Shown: positions 19,641 to 28,051 of the stretch, piece by piece
How positions within the stretch are numbered: the stretch's first letter is position 1
Layout of the letters: each line of letters opens with the position of its first letter
Assembly (NCBI GenBank): GCA_017469945.1
Contig: JAFUFI010000015.1
Location: forward strand, 51,427 to 115,426
DNA: 64,000 bases
Direction of reading: 5' to 3'
From: Lachnospiraceae bacterium
GTDB taxonomy: Bacteria; Bacillota; Clostridia; Lachnospirales; Lachnospiraceae
Notes under the pieces: model-generated
What the model saw: only the letters and a program-made list of their open reading frames with translations
Database searches by the model: none
Told to the model about the DNA's origin: nothing
Translations under genes and position numbers: made by a program

Positions 19641-19835
19641 TGGGATAGTTCTATTTTATATAATTAATGGCCTGCTCAAGCCGTTATTATAAATGTGCAG
19701 AATGCAGGTTATTAGATAGTTCATCAGTGCCTACAGACATTTAACCAACAATATGACAACACGACAAGAAATGCAAAAACCGATATAAAAACGAATCGGA
19801 AATGCGATTTAGATAGATATATGAGAATTTGGTGG

Positions 19836-19992
19836 TGCGGACGGTGATTGGTGGGTGCGTCTTGGGCAATGTGTCCGAGGCCGGTACTTAGCGAAGGCGA
19901 GCGATAGCGATGCCTGAGCTTAGAACCGCTGCAACGAGGACGTCATAGCCGGGAGGCGGTGCCAAAGATGCACCAAACAATCACCGCCCGCA
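19836..19992 (+). repeat. Structured repeat, copy 2 (inverted relative to copy 1)
   Basis: Core 19865-19963 GGCAATGTGTCCGAGGCC...CGAGGACGTCATAGCC-GGGA-GGCGGTGCC; outer stem TGCGG-ACGGTGATTG...GTGCGTCTTGG / CCAA-AGATGCACC...CAATCACCG-CCCGCA. Confidence 0.75.
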
Positions 19993-20016
19993 ATTACATA
20001 TTTACAGGAGCGTATC

Positions 20017-20667
20017 ATGCACATTTTAGTTACGGGCTCGAGCCGGGGAATCGGCAAAGCAATAGCTGAGAAGTTTCTTAAAGAAGGACATAAGGTATCG
20101 GGATTTGACGTAAATCCCGGAACGATAGATAACGTTTTCTACACACATTACATCGTAGATATTCGCAAAAAGAGCATGTATCCGAAGCTTGATACGGTAG
20201 ACATCCTTATCAATAACGCCGGAGTTCAGGGAGCGGACGATGTTAATGTCAATCTGCTTGGAACGATCGATATTACGGAAGAGTACGGAATACATCCGGA
20301 GATCAAGTCCGTGCTTATGATCGGATCGGCCTGTGTACATACGGGCTCGGAATTCCCCGTGTATGCCGCTAGTAAAGGCGGAGTAGTTACTTACGCTAAA
20401 AATGTAGCTTTAAGGATTGCGCCTTACGGAGCCACATGCAACAGTTTGGACTTCGGTGGCGTTATTACAGAGCTTAACGCACCGGTTATAGATGATTGTG
20501 AGCTTTGGAACAAGATCATGGATCTTACTCCGCTTAAGAGATGGATGAGCGTGGAAGAGACCGCAGATTGGGCATATTTTATGACTGTGACTAACAGATT
20601 CTGTACAGGTCAGAATATCCTTATCGACGGTTTAGAGGCAGGAAACGCAACATTCGTCTGGAAGTAG
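20017..20667 (+). CDS. Short-chain dehydrogenase/reductase (classical SDR)
   Basis: TGSSRGIG, INNAG, catalytic S (IGS) and YAASK, FCTGQNILIDG. Confidence 0.93.
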   Translation: MHILVTGSSRGIGKAIAEKFLKEGHKVSGFDVNPGTIDNVFYTHYIVDIRKKSMYPKLDTVDILINNAGVQGADDVNVNLLGTIDITEEYGIHPEIKSVLMIGSACVHTGSEFPVYAASKGGVVTYAKNVALRIAPYGATCNSLDFGGVITELNAPVIDDCELWNKIMDLTPLKRWMSVEETADWAYFMTVTNRFCTGQNILIDGLEAGNATFVWK

Positions 20668-20716
20668 GAAACTTTTTTAAACAATAAAAACAGGAGCTAT
20701 AAAGCTTTTTGAAACA

Positions 20717-20748
20717 AGAGGAAACTTGCTATGCAGGTTTCCTTTTTT
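20717..20748 (+). terminator. Intrinsic terminator after the SDR gene
   Basis: AGGAAACTTGC-TAT-GCAGGTTTCCT followed by TTTTT. Confidence 0.8.
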
Positions 20749-20783
20749 GATGAAAAAACTATTAAAATTTTTTCAATAAGTTG

Positions 20784-20842
20784 TTGACAACTATTTTCAG
20801 ATAGAGTAATCTATACAAGGTTAGAAAATACTAACTACCTAA
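20784..20842 (+). promoter_or_regulatory. feo promoter with a putative metal-repressor inverted repeat
   Basis: TTGACA (20784-20789), 17 bp spacer, TAATCT; then GTTAG-N6-CTAAC (20820-20835) followed by ACCTAA, similar to DtxR/MntR-type half-sites (GTTAG/CTAAC, ACCTAA). Confidence 0.55.
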
Positions 20843-20868
20843 TTACGCGTATATAAAGGAAAAGAAAA

Positions 20869-21084
20869 ATGATGCCACTTACATTAGCTGACCCCGGAGA
20901 AGAAAACATAATCAAAAAAGTAGGGGGATCCCCGGATGTTAAGAAACATCTTGAGGATTTAGGTTTCGTACCCGGCGGATTTGTTACCCTCGTAACAGCC
21001 GGCGGTGGAGGAAACGTTATCGTAAATGTTAAAGAATCCAGGATCGCCATAAGCCGAGAAATGGCTATGAAGATAATGGTTTAA
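20869..21084 (+). CDS. feoA: Ferrous iron transport protein A
   Basis: KHLEDLGFVPG, VIVNVKESRIAISREMAMKIMV; SH3-like FeoA. Confidence 0.93.
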   Translation: MMPLTLADPGEENIIKKVGGSPDVKKHLEDLGFVPGGFVTLVTAGGGGNVIVNVKESRIAISREMAMKIMV

Positions 21085-21106
21085 GGCAAGACAGGAGGAG
21101 ATTAAA

Positions 21107-21331
21107 ATGACACTTAGAGATGCTAAGGTCGGACAGACTGTTAAGGTTTTAAAGCTTAGCGGAGAGGGAGCTGTCAAAAGAAGGATCATGGACATGGGCA
21201 TTACAAAAGGTATCGAGGTTTATGTTCGTAAGGTTGCACCCCTTGGAGATCCAATAGAGGTAACCGTTCGCGGATATGAGCTTTCTCTTAGAAAAGCCGA
21301 TGGAGAGATGATTGAGGTTGAGCTTGTTTAA
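21107..21331 (+). CDS. feoA: Ferrous iron transport protein A (second copy)
   Basis: RRIMDMGITKG, APLGDPIEVTVRGYELSLRKADG. Confidence 0.95.
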   Translation: MTLRDAKVGQTVKVLKLSGEGAVKRRIMDMGITKGIEVYVRKVAPLGDPIEVTVRGYELSLRKADGEMIEVELV

Positions 21332-21378
21332 TACATGTAAACTGCGTTTAACCTAATGTTTTAATAGAGGAGTAGAAG

Positions 21379-23760
21379 ATGGAACTTAAAATTGCCCTTG
21401 CGGGTAACCCCAACTGTGGTAAAACCACTCTGTTTAATGCACTTACGGGTTCCAATCAGTTCGTTGGTAACTGGCCCGGAGTTACTGTAGAGAAAAAGGA
21501 AGGAAAGCTTAAAAGGCATGATGACGTTGTTATCACCGACCTTCCCGGAATCTATTCATTATCACCCTATACTCTTGAGGAGGTTGTGGCAAGAAACTAT
21601 CTTGTTAATGAACGCCCCGATGCGATCTTAAACCTCGTAGACGGAACAAACCTTGAGAGAAACCTTTATCTCACAACCCAGCTCATCGAGCTTGGAATTC
21701 CTGTTGTAATCGCCATCAATATGATGGATGTTGTCAGAAAAAATGGCGACAAGATCAATATTCCCGAACTTTCAAAAGAACTCGGATGCAAGATCATTGA
21801 GATCTCTGCGCTTAAGAACGAAGGAATCATGCAGGCAGCCGAAGCCGCTATCGAAGCAGCAAAGGCAAAGAAAGAGATTCCTCACCACAATTTCTCAGGC
21901 CCTGTTGAGCATGCACTTGCACATATCGAAGAGGCCTGCATCCACAACATGGATCCCGAGAAGCAAAGATGGTACGCCATCAAGATCTTCGAAAGAGACA
22001 AGAAGGTTATCGAGCAGCTCGGAATTGACAATAGCATTATCGAGCATGTAGAAGATGACATTCAGGCTACCGAGAGAGAGCTTGACGATGATGCGGAGTC
22101 GATCATCACCAATGAGAGATATATCTATATCGCTGAGCTGATGAAGGCCACCTACAAAAAGAAATCTAAAGGTAAACTTACCGTATCCGACAAGATCGAC
22201 AGAGTTGTAACCAACAGATGGGCAGCTCTCCCTATCTTCGGTGTAGTAATGTTTATTGTTTACTATATCTCCGTAACCACCGTGGGAACATGGGTTACGG
22301 ACTGGACCAATGACGGACTCTTCGGAGATGGCTTCCACCTCTTCGGAATCGGCGTCGGCCAGTACGAAGAAGCTATTACAGACTATGCAAATGAAAATGT
22401 ATGGACTGATGAAGTTGTAAGCACTGTAAGCGCTGCGGCAGACGCAGGTGTAATCGGTGCCGATGATATCCTCGGAGCTATCGAGGATGAGGATTTTGGC
22501 GCATTTGATGAGGCTATGGGTTCATATGCCGATTCTCTTGCTGAGGAAGGATATGATATTTCCGAGGCTGTTGATGCATCCCTTGAAGAAGCTCCCGATA
22601 CTTCAGAGTACGGAGTCTGGGTTCCCGGTGTTCCCGTACTTGTTGAAAGTCTCCTTGACAAGATCGGCTGCGCCGAGTGGCTTAAGAGCCTTATCTTAGA
22701 CGGTATTGTCGGTGGTGTTGGTGCGGTACTCGGATTCGTTCCTCAGATGCTTGTACTTTTCATATTCCTTGCATTCCTTGAGGCCTGCGGATATATGGCG
22801 AGAGTTGCCTTCGTTATGGACCGTATCTTCAGAAAGTTTGGTCTTTCAGGAAAGTCCTTCATCCCTATGCTTATCGGATCGGGATGCGGAGTTCCCGGCG
22901 TTATGGCTTCAAGAACAATTGAGAATGAGCGCGACCGTCGTATGACTATTATGACAACGACCTTCATTCCCTGCGGAGCTAAGCTTCCCATCATTGCACT
23001 TATTTCCGCAGCACTTTTCGGAAATTCGCCTTGGATCGCACCCGCAGCATACTTTATCGGAGTAGCGGCAATCGTTATCTCAGGTATCGTACTTAAAAAG
23101 ACCAAGATGTTCTCCGGTCAGCCCGCTCCTTTCGTTATGGAGCTTCCCGCATATCACTGGCCTACATTCGGCAACGTAATGCGTTCAATGTGGGAGAGAG
23201 GTTGGTCCTTCATCAAGAAGGCAGGAACCGTTATCCTCCTTTCATCTATCGTTATCTGGGCAGGAAGCTGCTTCGGTATGACAGAGAGTGGATTCGGATT
23301 CTCTACCGAGCTTGAGCTTGAGGCAAGCGTTTTAGGTATTGTAGGAAACGCTATCGCATTTATCTTCAAGCCTCTCGGATTTGGAAATATCCGTGCTACC
23401 GTTGCTACTATTATGGGACTTGTAGCTAAGGAAGAGGTTGTAGGCGTATTCGGAGTACTTGACTTCGAAGGCCTCACAAAGCTTGCCGGCTTCTCATTCC
23501 TCATCTTCAACCTTCTTTGCGCTCCCTGCTTCGCAGCTATCGGTGCAATCAAGAGAGAGATGAACAGCGCAAAGTGGACCTGGTTTGCAATCGGATATCA
23601 GTGCGTTTTTGCTTACGTGATATCACTTATCGTATTCCAGATCGGAAGCGCATTTACAGGCGGATTAAACGTAGTTGGACTTATCTTTGCCATCGCGTTT
23701 ATCGCATTTATCGGATTTATGCTCTTTAAGCCTTATAAGGAGGCTACAGAGCTTAAGTAA
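21379..23760 (+). CDS. feoB: Ferrous iron transport protein B
   Basis: G1 GNPNCGKT, GNWPGVTVE, DLPGIYSL, SGYMARVAFVMD-type motif, PCGAKLP, ELPAY, APCFAA. Confidence 0.98.
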   Translation: MELKIALAGNPNCGKTTLFNALTGSNQFVGNWPGVTVEKKEGKLKRHDDVVITDLPGIYSLSPYTLEEVVARNYLVNERPDAILNLVDGTNLERNLYLTTQLIELGIPVVIAINMMDVVRKNGDKINIPELSKELGCKIIEISALKNEGIMQAAEAAIEAAKAKKEIPHHNFSGPVEHALAHIEEACIHNMDPEKQRWYAIKIFERDKKVIEQLGIDNSIIEHVEDDIQATERELDDDAESIITNERYIYIAELMKATYKKKSKGKLTVSDKIDRVVTNRWAALPIFGVVMFIVYYISVTTVGTWVTDWTNDGLFGDGFHLFGIGVGQYEEAITDYANENVWTDEVVSTVSAAADAGVIGADDILGAIEDEDFGAFDEAMGSYADSLAEEGYDISEAVDASLEEAPDTSEYGVWVPGVPVLVESLLDKIGCAEWLKSLILDGIVGGVGAVLGFVPQMLVLFIFLAFLEACGYMARVAFVMDRIFRKFGLSGKSFIPMLIGSGCGVPGVMASRTIENERDRRMTIMTTTFIPCGAKLPIIALISAALFGNSPWIAPAAYFIGVAAIVISGIVLKKTKMFSGQPAPFVMELPAYHWPTFGNVMRSMWERGWSFIKKAGTVILLSSIVIWAGSCFGMTESGFGFSTELELEASVLGIVGNAIAFIFKPLGFGNIRATVATIMGLVAKEEVVGVFGVLDFEGLTKLAGFSFLIFNLLCAPCFAAIGAIKREMNSAKWTWFAIGYQCVFAYVISLIVFQIGSAFTGGLNVVGLIFAIAFIAFIGFMLFKPYKEATELK

Positions 23761-23771
23761 GAAGGTTTATA

Positions 23772-24206
23772 ATGAACGATTTTTTTGCTAACAATTTAGG
23801 AACGATCTTAGCAGGATGCGTAGTCCTTTTGATAGTCGGACTGGTCATAGGAAATATGATCAGAAAAAAGAAAAAGGGCGAAAAGATCATTGACTGCGGC
23901 GGACAGTGCTCATCATGCGGCGGAGGATGCAGCTCCGCGAAGAAGAGTAGTAGCGATAAAGAACTTAAATCCAAAAAAGGATACATAAGGACAGTTCTGG
24001 AAATTGATGGCATGATGTGCGGCATGTGCGAGTCACATATGAACGACTGCATAAGAAATAATTTTGACGTTAAGACCGTTATTTCTTCTCACAAAAGGGG
24101 GACGACTTCTATTTTGTCGAAGAAACCTCTTGATGAAGAGAAGGTAAGATCGGAAGTAGAAAAAATCGGATATAAAGTAACCGGCATTACGGTAGAAGAA
24201 GTCTAA
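23772..24206 (+). CDS. FeoB-associated Cys-rich membrane protein fused to an HMA (heavy-metal-associated) domain
   Basis: Single TM helix, KKKKG, CGGQCSSCGGGC, then VLEIDGMMCGMCESHM... HMA fold with CxxC. Confidence 0.85.
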   Translation: MNDFFANNLGTILAGCVVLLIVGLVIGNMIRKKKKGEKIIDCGGQCSSCGGGCSSAKKSSSDKELKSKKGYIRTVLEIDGMMCGMCESHMNDCIRNNFDVKTVISSHKRGTTSILSKKPLDEEKVRSEVEKIGYKVTGITVEEV

Positions 24207-24222
24207 AGAATTAAATTTATAT

Positions 24223-24260
24223 AAAAACGCTCTCCTCTGTCTCGGAGGAGGGCGCTTTTT
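24223..24260 (+). terminator. Intrinsic terminator of the feo operon
   Basis: CGCTCTCCTC...GGAGGAGGGCG stem flanked by A5 and T5. Confidence 0.75.
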
Positions 24261-24394
24261 GTGTTAGAATTAAAATGATCGCGGGGCCTGAAAGGATTTT
24301 AGAGAAAGCCGGAAAATCCTAAGCGGCCGGAAAATCCAAAGTAAGAAACGAAGGCCCAAAGATTAAAACGAACGAAAGAAAAGGAAAAAGGGGT

Positions 24395-24790
24395 ATGACA
24401 GAGGAACAAAAAAAGGCCCTTAGTGCGCTGTATCTGTTTTTGACGGATCTTTCCGAGAAGGCGGGAAAGGGTAAAGAGTACGCGAAGGAGCTATGGAACC
24501 GTTTAGTTCTAAACGAAGGTGCCTTAAGGGAAGTGGCTTACTACTACGATACTGGGAAGTTTTGGGACGGATATGAGGTGGCCGGATTTCATCTGACAGA
24601 TATTTTAGTCTGGCAGGTGGATCATTTTAAAGCCTATATGGACAGGCGCGAGGAAATGAACCGCTACAAGACGGAGAGACTCTTTTTGGAGTCTATTGAT
24701 ATTTTGATGAAAATGGAAGATGATCCGGAGCCATACATCAAAAAGATGAGGGACGAGAGCGGAACGGATTTTGACCAGAGAGTACTTTGA
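24395..24790 (+). CDS. Conserved hypothetical protein
   Basis: 131-aa ORF with a purine-rich RBS and host-like codon usage; no motif recognised. Confidence 0.7.
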   Translation: MTEEQKKALSALYLFLTDLSEKAGKGKEYAKELWNRLVLNEGALREVAYYYDTGKFWDGYEVAGFHLTDILVWQVDHFKAYMDRREEMNRYKTERLFLESIDILMKMEDDPEPYIKKMRDESGTDFDQRVL

Positions 24791-24821
24791 CAGATATTTT
24801 ACTAAAGAAAGAGAAGAAACT

Positions 24822-26000
24822 ATGCAGTATAGAAAAGACAAACACGGAAACGACGTATCGCTTTTGGGCTTTGGATGTATGAGATTTACAAGCAAGGCCG
24901 GAAAGATCGATTTTGATAAGGCCGAGAGCGAGATAATGCGCTCTATAGAGCTTGGGGTTAATTATTTTGACACCGCTTACGTATATTCGGGAAGCGAAGC
25001 ACTTATCGGCGAGATATTTGAGAAAAACGGAGTAAGGGATAAGGTTCGGATAGCGACAAAGCTTCCACACTACCTTATCAAGAACAGTACAGACCCCGAC
25101 AAGTATTTTGACGAGGAGTTAAGAAGACTTCGCACGGACCATGTCAATTATTATCTGATGCATATGCTTACGGATATAAAGACCTGGAACAGGCTGTGTG
25201 ACCTTGGGGTGAAGGACTGGCTGGAAGAAAAAAAGAAAAGCGGGCAGATCGAGCAGATAGGATTTTCTTACCACGGAAATTCCGATATGTTTATAGAGCT
25301 TCTTGACGCTTACGATTGGGACTTTTGCCAGATCCAGTACAACTATCTGGACGAGAATTCACAGGCGGGACGCACAGGACTTAACGCAGCGGCCGAGAGG
25401 GGAATCCCGGTTGTTATAATGGAGCCCTTAAGAGGCGGAAGGCTTGTAAACAATCTTCCAAAGCAGGCAAAGGCAGCTTTTGATAAACACCCGGTAAAGC
25501 GCTCTCCCGCAGAGTGGGCCTTAAGATGGCTCTGGGAGCAGCCGGAGGTTACCTGTGTCCTCTCGGGAATGAACTCCATTGAGATGGTGGAGGAGAACTG
25601 CCGTATAGCTTCGGAAGTAAAAGAGCATGAGCTCACCGAAAAGGACAGAGAGCTTTACAGCGCCGTGATAAAAGCCATAGAGAGCAAGATGAAGGTTGGA
25701 TGCACGGGATGCAGGTATTGCGTGCCATGCCCTAAAAATGTAGATATTCCCGGAGTCTTTGCGGCGTACAACAGACGCGCATCCGACGGTTATATCAACT
25801 CCTTCAGAGAGTACTATATGTGTACGGCTTTAAGAAAGGACTACACCGGGCCGGCCAACTGCGTACAGTGCGGACTTTGCGAAAAGCACTGTCCTCAGCA
25901 TATTGAGATAAGAAAAGAACTTAAAAACGCGAGAAGAGCTCTCGAGGATCCCGCATATCTTGTGGCCAAAAAATTCGCACCTATCTTTATGAAATACTAG
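24822..26000 (+). CDS. Aldo/keto reductase with a C-terminal 4Fe-4S dicluster domain
   Basis: SLLGFGCMR, GVNYFDTAY.Y, MEPLRGG, VLSGM, CTGCRYCVPCP, CVQCGLCEKHCP. Start set at ATG 24822 (MQYR). Confidence 0.93.
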   Translation: MQYRKDKHGNDVSLLGFGCMRFTSKAGKIDFDKAESEIMRSIELGVNYFDTAYVYSGSEALIGEIFEKNGVRDKVRIATKLPHYLIKNSTDPDKYFDEELRRLRTDHVNYYLMHMLTDIKTWNRLCDLGVKDWLEEKKKSGQIEQIGFSYHGNSDMFIELLDAYDWDFCQIQYNYLDENSQAGRTGLNAAAERGIPVVIMEPLRGGRLVNNLPKQAKAAFDKHPVKRSPAEWALRWLWEQPEVTCVLSGMNSIEMVEENCRIASEVKEHELTEKDRELYSAVIKAIESKMKVGCTGCRYCVPCPKNVDIPGVFAAYNRRASDGYINSFREYYMCTALRKDYTGPANCVQCGLCEKHCPQHIEIRKELKNARRALEDPAYLVAKKFAPIFMKY

Positions 26001-26053
26001 ATGATATGGTATAATGTTTTGCGGAAATAATAATAAATCAATGAGGTTGTTTT

Positions 26054-28051
26054 ATGAGCAGAAACACTATCGCGGTTTGCATTGTGAAAATGGATGAAAA
26101 TTTTCAGTCTGAATCGATCAAGGCAATCACGAAGCGTGCTGAGGAGAGGGGACTTAACGTAGAGATTTACAACTCTTTTGTTGAACTGGTAAATAGGGAT
26201 CTCCACGATAAGGGCGAAGAAAGTATCTTTGAACTGATAGATTACAGGCACCTTTGCGGTATTATTCTTTTCCCCGAAAAGATTAAAAGCTCAAAGGTAA
26301 ACGAACAGATAATCCGATACGGGAAAGAACACAATCTTCCCGTTGTTTCAATAGATAAAAAGATTCCCGAGTGCATCAGTATTACATTTGATTATGTACA
26401 CGCCTTCGAAGAAATCGTTGAGCATCTTATAAAGATTCACGATTGCAAGAGATTCTATGTTATGGCGGGAATGAGGAACAATTCCTTCTCGGATGAAAGA
26501 CTTAACGCCGCCCGCAGGATCATTGAAAGATATGGTCTTGAGCTTACGGACGACTATATCGGATACGGAGATTTTTGGGAGGGACCTACAAGAGAAAACA
26601 TAACCCGCTTTTTTGAGAGCGGAAAGCCTCTGCCTGACGCCTTTGTTGCGGCAAATGACACCATGGCCATGGTTATCTGCGATGAACTCGGAAAGAGAAA
26701 TATCCGTGTGCCGGAGGATGTCATTGTTACGGGATTTGACGGAATCGATATGGAGAAGTACGCCGTACCGAGGCTTACTACCGCAGAAACGGATATGGAA
26801 AGAAGCGGATTTATGGCTGTCGACGCCATACTTGCTTCATCGGCAGGCAGCAGCTCACCTCTTAAAAGCTTTGTTGTACCTTTTAACACAAGATACTCAC
26901 AGTCCTGCGGATGTGTAGGCAAGGACAGCCTTGGAAATAACGCCGGCGTACAGTATCTGTGCAATACATTAGGGCTTACCAGACAGCTTATAAATTTGAT
27001 GGCGTCAATGCTGACGAGAATGTCCTCCAAGAAGGATCTTTTCAGTATGATAAAAGAAGCGGACAGATTCAGACAGTATTTTTACGAATACAATGATCTT
27101 TATGTATGCCTAAGAAAAGAAGTCGTCCTCGAAGATGATATAACATCTGCCGGACTTGTCTGCAAGCCGGAAAGAATGGATGCTGTTTCGGAGCAATCCG
27201 GTGATAAGCAGATGGTCCTTATGTATGAAACTCATAACGGATTTAAACCCACGTACCCTCTTGAGGTGTTTATGGGGCGAGAGATGCTCCCAGGGCGCGG
27301 TGAGATTATCGATATGTGCCGTAACCTTTGCTTTATCCCGCTGCATGTACAGGATAAGGTTTACGGATATATAGCGGTCAGCGTTATGCCACATCAGAAA
27401 GATTACGATTATACGCAGCTTTCCTACTTTTCGAGAAGTCTGTCGCAGGCAATCTCTTTTGTACTCCAGATCATCAAGAACCAGAAAGCCAACGATAAGA
27501 TACAGGCGGCTAATGAGAAGCTTGAATCTTTGTATATTACGGATTATCTTACGGGTATCAACAACAGAAGAGGATTCTTCAAACGGATAGAAGAGCTTAA
27601 GCGCTGCGGAGATTATTCCGCATTTATGGTAGCCTCCATAGACTTAAACGGACTTAAACTTATAAACGATAAGTTCGGACACCATGAGGGCGACAGAGCT
27701 ATCTGCATGATCGCAGATATCCTCAAGGAACTTATGGACGAAAGATGCGTATGCGCAAGGTTCGGAGGAGACGAATTCTCGTTCTTTAAGTTTATCGAAA
27801 GCCCCGGCCCCTGCGAAGATGAGGAGTTTTGCAATTCGCTTAAAGGGCTTGTGGGCAAAAAGAACGCATCCGGAGATATGCCATATCTTTTCAGCGCAAG
27901 CTGTGGAGCGGTTGTCGTACCGATAAGCAGTATCGATATGCTTGATAAAGTAATCAGCCAGGCTGATGAAAAAATGTACGAGGAAAAAGCTTTATTCCAC
28001 CGTACACATAAAGAATACGAAAAAAGAAGGGCAGACAGAAACAATGAGTAA
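26054..28051 (+). CDS. Diguanylate cyclase with an N-terminal LacI/periplasmic-binding-protein-like sugar-sensing domain
   Basis: LPDAFVAANDTMA, VPEDVIVTGFDG, PRLTT (Peripla_BP_3); DYLTGINNRRGF, DLNGLKLINDKFGHHEGD, RFGGDEF. Confidence 0.92.
   Translation: MSRNTIAVCIVKMDENFQSESIKAITKRAEERGLNVEIYNSFVELVNRDLHDKGEESIFELIDYRHLCGIILFPEKIKSSKVNEQIIRYGKEHNLPVVSIDKKIPECISITFDYVHAFEEIVEHLIKIHDCKRFYVMAGMRNNSFSDERLNAARRIIERYGLELTDDYIGYGDFWEGPTRENITRFFESGKPLPDAFVAANDTMAMVICDELGKRNIRVPEDVIVTGFDGIDMEKYAVPRLTTAETDMERSGFMAVDAILASSAGSSSPLKSFVVPFNTRYSQSCGCVGKDSLGNNAGVQYLCNTLGLTRQLINLMASMLTRMSSKKDLFSMIKEADRFRQYFYEYNDLYVCLRKEVVLEDDITSAGLVCKPERMDAVSEQSGDKQMVLMYETHNGFKPTYPLEVFMGREMLPGRGEIIDMCRNLCFIPLHVQDKVYGYIAVSVMPHQKDYDYTQLSYFSRSLSQAISFVLQIIKNQKANDKIQAANEKLESLYITDYLTGINNRRGFFKRIEELKRCGDYSAFMVASIDLNGLKLINDKFGHHEGDRAICMIADILKELMDERCVCARFGGDEFSFFKFIESPGPCEDEEFCNSLKGLVGKKNASGDMPYLFSASCGAVVVPISSIDMLDKVISQADEKMYEEKALFHRTHKEYEKRRADRNNE

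Noticed and set aside
19721-19727. CTGATGA on the minus strand (hammerhead core); also CTGAAAG...GAAAC at 24288-24349
   Set aside because: No stem II plus GAAA after the first; the second does not match CUGANGA and lacks the three-stem geometry.
19667-19744. 25-aa ORF with CxxC in the spacer between the inverted elements
   Set aside because: No RBS; the length is expected by chance.
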